From the NCBI GenBank assembly GCA_963706955.1, contig CAVPOC010000005.1, positions 1 through 64,000 on the forward strand: a DNA stretch of 64,000 bases. The letters are read 5' to 3'. Source of the DNA: an uncultured Verrucomicrobiae bacterium. Lineage in GTDB: Bacteria > Verrucomicrobiota > Verrucomicrobiia > Chthoniobacterales > Terrimicrobiaceae. The notes beneath the pieces were generated by a model. The model made no database searches. It was not told the DNA's origin and saw nothing but the letters and a program-made list of their open reading frames with translations. A program made the translations under genes and the position numbers. Shown here piece by piece: positions 58,028-64,000 of the stretch (position 1 is its first letter; every line of letters begins with the position of its first letter).

Positions 58028-58870
58028 ATGCCTCAGGAAGCTGAGATCTTATCCTTCCGGGAGGCTGACTCGAAAGAGAACTCGGACATCGGTCCGTTTG
58101 TAGTCGTCGTTAGAGATTCTCAGCAGATGGGCATATGGCTGCGCGATCGTTCTCCGGCGCTTCAATGGATCCAGGTCGAGGGAGTTTTAAAGGATGACGA
58201 CGTCTGGCGCCTTGCTGCCGAAGACCCTGGCGAAGTGCCGCTCGATGTCATCCTGATCGACCCGGGCAGAGAGTTCGCGGACCTCTATCGGTTGGTGGAC
58301 GTGCGTTCGGCGCGCGATGTTCGCGTCAGCATGCCCGCACGACCCGGATTTCTCAAGGCAGTCCGACTGGCTGCCTCTCTTGGCCTGCCGGTGCGACTCC
58401 TTCCCCAGCAGCCAACAGCCGATGTCTTAGCTGAGCTTCAGGAAGCCCTGACATTTTATCTGCGCAATCCGCTGGTGGAAGCTCCCATCGAATTTTTCCA
58501 TTCGGCCCTGGCCTGGCTCAGAGGGGCACCGACAGGTTCGCTTTGGAGAGTTCTTGAAGAAGATCCCTCGATCTACCAACGCAAGGCGATCAGCACGGCG
58601 TGGGACTCGCCGCAACTCTCGGACCTCCCCATCGATCCTACACAAGACTTTGGCTCCCTATTCTTAGAGCGGCTCACACAGCAGGGCGGCGAATGTGCCA
58701 CCTGTCGCTGGCGTGATTTCTGCGCAGGCTACTTTAAGTGGCCGACTCCTGAATATTCTTGCACGGGCGTTAAACTGCTCTTTTCGAATCTGCTTGCGGC
58801 CGTCAAAGAGATCGAGGACGACTTCCGGACCTTTGCAGCGCCAACTGCTGAACTGCAATCCTCATTATGA
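58028..58870 (+). CDS. Radical-SAM-associated protein with C-terminal SPASM-like Cys motif
   Basis: CATCRWRDFCAGY...C near the C-terminus; no CxxxCxxC; ATGA overlap with the rSAM gene. Confidence 0.7.
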   Translation: MPQEAEILSFREADSKENSDIGPFVVVVRDSQQMGIWLRDRSPALQWIQVEGVLKDDDVWRLAAEDPGEVPLDVILIDPGREFADLYRLVDVRSARDVRVSMPARPGFLKAVRLAASLGLPVRLLPQQPTADVLAELQEALTFYLRNPLVEAPIEFFHSALAWLRGAPTGSLWRVLEEDPSIYQRKAISTAWDSPQLSDLPIDPTQDFGSLFLERLTQQGGECATCRWRDFCAGYFKWPTPEYSCTGVKLLFSNLLAAVKEIEDDFRTFAAPTAELQSSL

Positions 58871-60058
58871 ATCGTCGCGTTTTCAGCGTCATTCTTCTTC
58901 CAACGTCAGATTGCAATGTCGCCTGCGAATACTGCTTTGAGCGAAAGGAGAAGCATCGACTTTCAACGAACCTGCTGCCATTGCTGACAACTCGCCTGCT
59001 CGATCATCTCGAGAACGAGGGAATCACGGAATGCGAAGTTTACTGGCAAGGCGGAGAGGCGATGATCATGGGACCGGAGTGGTTCGTCGCAGCCGGGCGG
59101 CTTATGGATCGCGCAGCCGCGGAACGAGGACGTCACTTCATCCACTATCTTCAGACCAACCTCATCAGCTATACCGAATCCTGGAACGAAGTCTTGCGAA
59201 CGATGTTCCAGGGGTCGTTGGGAACTTCCATGGACTATCCCAACCATCACCGGAAGTTGTTCAACGGCGGCCCCGAGGCCTATACGCGTTTGTGGACACG
59301 GAAGCTTAGAGCCGCGCAAGCCGCCGGGATCAAGGTCGGCGTCATCGCCGTGCTTCACCAGGGGAGTTTGGATGCGGGTGCCGGAGGACTTCTATCGCTA
59401 TTTCACGGAGGAACTCGGGCTGACTGACTTCCAAGTCAACACGCCATTTCCAGGTGGTCCCGCCGGGGAAGTTGAAGGCGCTTTTCAGCTCGAGACAAGC
59501 AAGTTGGCGAGCTTCCTTGCGAGGTTGTTCGATATCTGGATGGAGCGCGGTTTCGATGTCGGAGTGTCGCTTGGTCCGTTTGACGCATTGATTGACCACT
59601 TTACCGGCAGGCCGGCGCGATTGCCGTGTATTTGGAAAGAGAATTGTTCCAATCAATTCATCTCGATTGATTCCAAAGGGACGGTCGCTCAATGCGATTG
59701 TTGGGTAACGAGCTATCCCGAAAGCTTCTTCGGCAATATCTTTCGAGAGCCCGACCTTACCCGAATGCTAAGGACCAGCCCGGCGCGGCGCCAGTTCGTC
59801 GAGCGTCCCAAGCACCTCGTTGAACACGAAGATTGCCTCTCGTGTCGTTACCTTTCGATCTGCCATGGTGGCTGCCCCGTGCGGACATACACTGCCTTAG
59901 GGACGATGATGGCTAAGGATCCCTACTGCGAAGTTTACAAAGCGGTCTTCGGACGAGCGGAGGCTCACGGGCGAACGATAGCCGGGCGGCGCCTCCACAC
60001 TTTGCAAAAATCCGAATCACTCCCGTTCTCTTTTCACTCTGAACCCAAACTGCTGTGA
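58867..60058 (+). CDS. Radical SAM/SPASM peptide maturase (one indel near 59375)
   Basis: CNVACEYC, WQGGE, LQTN, SMD; SPASM CIWKENC..G.VAQC..CLSC.YLSICHGGCP..YC. Confidence 0.9.
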
Positions 60059-60147
60059 TCTCGTGGGACGCCAACCCCAGCCATCCACCGTGAAAACGTC
60101 CGCTAACTAAGCAAATTCCGGAGATGAACAGGTTGCTTCAATCACTT

Positions 60148-60154
60148 GTTGGGC
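60148..60154 (+). mobile_element. First cassette recombination core (attI-like/array start)
   Basis: GTTGGGC is the exact complement of R'' GCCCAAC at 60534. Confidence 0.6.
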
Positions 60155-60215
60155 GTCTCATCAGCGCGCTGGGCGCGGTGTGGTTGGAATTGCTTGAGCC
60201 ATCTGGGAGAGAGAT

Positions 60216-60509
60216 ATGTCGGCCTTCGTCATCTTCGATGTTGAGATTCGCGACCCGGAGCGTTATCAAGACTTCATGCGCCAAGTGAAACCTGCGCTCG
60301 AGGCCGCTGGCGCAAAGTACCTCGCTCGCGGAGGCGCTCACAAGGTGTATGAGGGTGATTGGTCTCCCAGAAGGATCGTCTTGCTTGAGTTCCCGTCCGT
60401 AGCCGCTTGGGAGAGTTTCTACAACGGGCCTACCTACCAGGGCCTTAAAGCCATCCGTGACGAATGCAGCTCTGCACGGTTGGTCAGCGTCGAAGGGCTA
60501 GCGCCCTAA
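60216..60509 (+). CDS. DUF1330 protein (gene cassette)
   Basis: YLARGG...EGDW.P.RIVLLEFPS..A...FY....YQ. Confidence 0.92.
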   Translation: MSAFVIFDVEIRDPERYQDFMRQVKPALEAAGAKYLARGGAHKVYEGDWSPRRIVLLEFPSVAAWESFYNGPTYQGLKAIRDECSSARLVSVEGLAP

Positions 60510-60533
60510 GGTGCCGAGCATGTGCCGCCAGAC

Positions 60534-60610
60534 GCCCAACCCTCCATCGAGCGGACAGCTTCCGGCATGCTGCGCCTGCCTCCAGCTGCCGCTCATGTCG
60601 AACGTCAGAT
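60534..60610 (+). mobile_element. attC site 1 (R' mutated)
   Basis: GCCCAAC..CATCGAGCGGACAGCT...AGCTGCCGCTCATG..GTCAGAT imperfect palindrome. Confidence 0.75.
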
Positions 60611-60627
60611 GACTTCTCGGACTCCAA

Positions 60628-60921
60628 ATGAACGCGCTGCAGAGACTTCAGGATTGTTATTCGGCGCAATGCGAAGGTGATCGGGACCACCAGCAGGGCG
60701 TTCGCATCGAGTCACTGGACAATCCGGGATGGGCGCTCGACATCGACTTGGCTGACACGGCTTTGGCCGACAAACCTTTCACGGAGGTCAAGCGCGGCTG
60801 CGAAGACACGACCGATTGGCTCATTTGCTTTCTTCCCGATGGCAAATTCATGGGAAGATGTGGTCCGCAGAAGCTTCAGGAAATGATCGGGGTGTTTTTG
60901 ACGTGGGCGGAAGAATCTTAG
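60628..60921 (+). CDS. Immunity protein 53 family (gene cassette)
   Basis: QC.GD..H..GV.I.SLDNPGW..DIDL..T, DW..C, CGP..L. Confidence 0.85.
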   Translation: MNALQRLQDCYSAQCEGDRDHQQGVRIESLDNPGWALDIDLADTALADKPFTEVKRGCEDTTDWLICFLPDGKFMGRCGPQKLQEMIGVFLTWAEES

Positions 60922-60950
60922 ATCATGTCGATCGTGTTGCCACGCCAGTC

Positions 60951-61073
60951 ATCTCACCAGGCGATGGAGCGAACGGCCACTCGCCGCGCGTTCGCGCTTG
61001 GCATGACTCGTACGCCCCCACTGCGGCTGACGTTCGCTCCCGGTAGCCGTCGCTCATCTTATTCTCATTAGCG
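60951..61073 (+). mobile_element. attC site 2 (both cores mutated)
   Basis: ATCTCAC..GATGGAGCGAACGGC...GCCGTCGCTCATC..ATTAGCG. Confidence 0.7.
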
Positions 61074-61105
61074 CGCACAATGTCATGCAATCGTAGGAGA
61101 GTCAT

Positions 61106-61774
61106 ATGAGGAAACTTATTGCGTCCACATTTACATCCCTGGACGGTGTCATGCAGGCACCAGGAGGACCGACCGAAGATCCAACCGGAAATTTTACGTT
61201 AGGTGGTTGGTTGTTCGCTTTCGGGGACGCAGGGGTGGATCTTTCTGCGTCAGGTTTCGATGGTAAAGATCGAGAGGTTGTCCTCGGTCGCAAAACCTAC
61301 GAAATATTCGAGGCATATTGGCCTTACCAATCAGAGGATCATCCGATTGCGAGGACGCTCAATGCGGCAAAAAAGCATGTGGCGTCCCGCACTTTGAAGT
61401 CATTGCAATGGAACAATTCGTCGGTCCTTGGCGGTGACATCGTTTCAGCCATAACCGCACTCAAGGTTCAGCCCGGACTCGACCTTCAAATCATTGGCAG
61501 CGGCAATCTCATTCAGACGCTACAAGCCGCATCGCTCATTGACGAATACAACATATGGACCTACCCGGTAGTTCTTGGCCGTGGAAAGCGATTGTTTGAA
61601 GATGGTGCAAGGCCATGTGCACTGCGACTCGTGGCTTCGAAGGTTTCAACAACTGGCGTTGTGATGAGCACCTATGTTCCAGCCGGAGATATTCCGCTTG
61701 GTTCGCTTAGCCAGGCCGAGCCAAGCGCGAAGGAATTGACCCGACGCGCCAAGATGGCTACAGATGTGACGTGA
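61106..61774 (+). CDS. Dihydrofolate reductase/RibD C-terminal family protein (gene cassette)
   Basis: SLDGVMQAPGG, LGRKTYE, GSGNLIQTL, DEY..W.YPVVLG.GKRLF. Confidence 0.92.
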   Translation: MRKLIASTFTSLDGVMQAPGGPTEDPTGNFTLGGWLFAFGDAGVDLSASGFDGKDREVVLGRKTYEIFEAYWPYQSEDHPIARTLNAAKKHVASRTLKSLQWNNSSVLGGDIVSAITALKVQPGLDLQIIGSGNLIQTLQAASLIDEYNIWTYPVVLGRGKRLFEDGARPCALRLVASKVSTTGVVMSTYVPAGDIPLGSLSQAEPSAKELTRRAKMATDVT

Positions 61775-61795
61775 ATATGCTGTCGACAAGCTGTG

Positions 61796-61856
61796 CGCTA
61801 ACAACGCGCTTCAAGGGACGCCGCTATCGCGGCGCCCCTGAGCTCAGGCGTTAGGC
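61796..61856 (+). mobile_element. attC site 3 (intact, short type)
   Basis: CGCTAACAACGCGCTTCAAGGGACGCCGCTATCGCGGCGCCCCTGAGCTCAGGCGTTAGGC, 61 bp. Confidence 0.88.
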
Positions 61857-61867
61857 GTCACACTACG

Positions 61868-61980
61868 CTCTGACCAAAGCGGTAACCGATCCTGATATCG
61901 CTGCCGCCAAGCTCGCTTTCGATGCGATGATGCAGATGAAAAAGATCGACATCGCTGCAATCGAGGCGGCGCGCCGCTGA
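61868..61980 (+). pseudogene. 3' remnant of a VOC/PhnB-like gene
   Basis: LTKAVTDPDIAAAKLAFDAMMQMKKIDIAAIEAARR-stop with no 5' part. Confidence 0.7.
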
Positions 61981-62108
61981 GGTTGCATCTTCGAAGCGCG
62001 CATCTCGAAAACGCAAGGGGGACATCACGGGCGGACCCGAACCCGCTCCATCCTGAGCCTGCGGTTTTCGACCGATGGGAGAACATATTCGCGCTCGCAC
62101 GAGAGGCG

Positions 62109-62209
62109 AGATAACCAGTCGTTGCAGCGGACCGGGCGGGAGTCGCGGTCCTCGTGATTTGAGAGTGCGCCTGGCGTCCGCCCGGCCGCTGAACGTCGGT
62201 CCGTTCGGA
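62109..62209 (+). mobile_element. attC site 4
   Basis: AGATAAC..TGCAGCGGACCGGGCGG...CCGCCCGGCCGCTGAA..GTTCGGA. Confidence 0.7.
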
Positions 62210-62481
62210 AAAGTAGTCGAAACCAGGCCCTGCCGATGACCCGCTCAAAAAGCGAATTGTTACTGACGGCGGCGTTCGCCTCCTCTCTTTTTCCCAACTG
62301 CCTTAAATTTCCCGCGAAACAATGGACCGGCCATGGCAGCTCGCACGCGAGCTTAATGCGGGCGTTGAACGCCTGCTTGCTAGCGGGCGCCGGCCCGCCC
62401 AAGAAAGATTAATGGAGATCCCGCAAAGTCCACAACCCATCCCATATCCGGTGCAACTTGCTTGGCCGCGGCTGCGGCGCA

Positions 62482-63804
62482 CTATGGTGCTGGATGAGAC
62501 CTAACGAATTTGCTAAACCAAATGCCTGTCGGCTCCATGATCAATTCCTTAGTCTCGCGATTGAGACTTGTCAGGCCGAAATTAGCTGCGTAACCCTCCG
62601 CCCACTCATAATTGTCGACGAGCGTCCAAGGGAAGTATCCACGCACGTCCACGCCGTCTGACATTGCGCGACGCATTTGGTTTACGTGCTCGCGATAGTA
62701 ACGGATCTTCTTTTGTTCACTCTGCGTCCCGATGCCGTTCTCGGAGACGACGATCGGTTTGCCATAGCGCTTGAAGACGGTGGCCAGACTTTCATAAAAG
62801 CCTTCCGGGTTGATTTCCCATCCGTTCTGGGTGTAATTCGAGCTTTGCTCTCCATGGCCGCGAAGAATGAAGCGCAGCGGAGTCGCATCTTGGGAGTAGT
62901 AATAGTTTAGGCCAATGATGTCAGTGACGTCGGCTACCTGATCGAGGTGATCCCAGTTCTGATGCATCATCATGTTGTAAACCATCCCAGCGGGATCTGC
63001 GAAATACTTCCGTCTCCAATTTGGAATCGAATAGATTCCCATGATAATGGCGTCTGGCCGGTCTTGGCGGATGATGGCGGCAGCGTCGCGATACATCCGC
63101 ACACTGATCTCTGTCGCCTTTTTTAACTTGAACGGAGTCAGCAATAGGCCGGGAGGCCAATGCCCGCCAAAATAGCCGATGTAAAGGTCGCCATTAGGCT
63201 CGTTCTGTGGAACATAAACTCGGACATAAGGGGAAAGCGCGCCGACCATCTTTTCCACATAGGCGCGCCATGCTGTTTCCACATCGGGATGCAGGAAATT
63301 TGAGCGAGCCTTCTTTTTGGTGTCGTACAACCAAGAGGGAAAGGTAAAATGCCACAAAGTGACAATCGGCTCGATCCCGGCGGCCTTCAATTTACGAGCC
63401 ATCCGCACGTATTGCTGGATTGCCGCTTCATTATAGACGCCCTGTTTTGGCTCAACCCGCGCCCACTCGATGCCAAAGCGGTAATGGTTAACTCCCAGCT
63501 CGCGGAGAGTTCTCAAGTCCCGGTCGAAGTGCGTCCATGAGAAGGTCGCGTCGTCACCGCGTGGCGGGATATGGCCTTCCTCTGCATAAACATCCCAGTC
63601 GGTCTTGAAGTAGTAAGGCGAACCAGGCGTGACCCCCCGATCCTCATTCTGGTAGCTAGCGGTCGAGGTGCCCCACCAGAACTTCCCTGTGTTCACAGGC
63701 GCCGCTATCTCACGCTTCTTGTAGGGCTTCGGTGGCAAGATACAGCCAGAAAAACCTACAAGGATGACGGCCACGCACAGAAGGTGGTGCTTGGAGATAT
63801 TCAT
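62482..63804 (-). CDS. Glycoside hydrolase family 1, predicted lipoprotein
   Basis: WGTSTASYQNE, YRFGIEWARV, NEP acid/base, SENG nucleophile, DNYEWAEG; lipobox FSGC. Confidence 0.93.
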   Translation of the reverse strand: MNISKHHLLCVAVILVGFSGCILPPKPYKKREIAAPVNTGKFWWGTSTASYQNEDRGVTPGSPYYFKTDWDVYAEEGHIPPRGDDATFSWTHFDRDLRTLRELGVNHYRFGIEWARVEPKQGVYNEAAIQQYVRMARKLKAAGIEPIVTLWHFTFPSWLYDTKKKARSNFLHPDVETAWRAYVEKMVGALSPYVRVYVPQNEPNGDLYIGYFGGHWPPGLLLTPFKLKKATEISVRMYRDAAAIIRQDRPDAIIMGIYSIPNWRRKYFADPAGMVYNMMMHQNWDHLDQVADVTDIIGLNYYYSQDATPLRFILRGHGEQSSNYTQNGWEINPEGFYESLATVFKRYGKPIVVSENGIGTQSEQKKIRYYREHVNQMRRAMSDGVDVRGYFPWTLVDNYEWAEGYAANFGLTSLNRETKELIMEPTGIWFSKFVRSHPAP

Positions 63805-63843
63805 GTTGAAGCGAGTTTCGAAAGATGCTTCGGTTACGAAGCG

Positions 63844-64000
63844 ATGGCGAGGACTTTAATCACCAATTCAACTTTGCGGCATGCGGCAATCCTGCTGACA
63901 CTATTGACTCTGACAGTGGGCCTGCAGGGGGCCGACGACACCTACCGTTCGCCGGATAGTCTCCACCTGGCCGATGGGACCGTGGTGCGTGGGCTGATTA
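63844..64000 (+). CDS. Partial exported protein (runs off window)
   Basis: Open frame AILLTLLTLTVGLQGA-DD...LHLADGTVVRGLI. Confidence 0.5.
   Translation, partial: MARTLITNSTLRHAAILLTLLTLTVGLQGADDTYRSPDSLHLADGTVVRGLI

Noticed and set aside
58867..60058. Anaerobic sulfatase maturase
   Set aside because: Same superfamily, but no sulfatase is nearby and a repeat precursor peptide is in the operon; not fully excluded without an HMM search.
61106..61774. Trimethoprim-resistance dfr cassette
   Set aside because: The sequence is the RibD C-terminal/DHFR-like family (SLDGVMQAPGG), not DfrA or DfrB.

Overview
GC-rich bacterial chromosomal window, most consistent with Verrucomicrobiota (Chthoniobacterales/Spartobacteria-like); this is inferred from gene content and protein style, not from a search. 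The backbone is housekeeping: rpoN, 5'-3' exonuclease, bamD-like/lptE/rsmI, der, tmk-holB-proB, mdh, hup, tRNA-Thr-tuf-tRNA-Trp-secE-nusG, tRNA-Val, gyrB-gyrA. Many essential genes are split by single-base indels, which points to an uncorrected long-read assembly, so coordinates of merged genes are approximate. Notable accessory elements: (1) a four-gene candidate RiPP operon (57.2-60.1 kb) with a Tat-signal, Gly-rich precursor carrying six W-x-N motifs, a protein retaining only a SPASM-like Cys motif, and a radical SAM/SPASM maturase; (2) directly downstream, an integrase-less integron cassette array with four attC sites (60.1-62.2 kb); (3) a DUF4062/TIR-like-nSTAND1-TM-TPR protein and a TPR-S-SLOG-degenerate-cyclase protein flanking a divergent MlaEFD-like trio (42-50.5 kb); (4) a two-component system next to two duplicated sigma-54 promoters with a shared enhancer-like motif; (5) a 235-bp MITE-like element upstream of rpoN; (6) an STT3-like membrane protein with an altered WWDxG motif.
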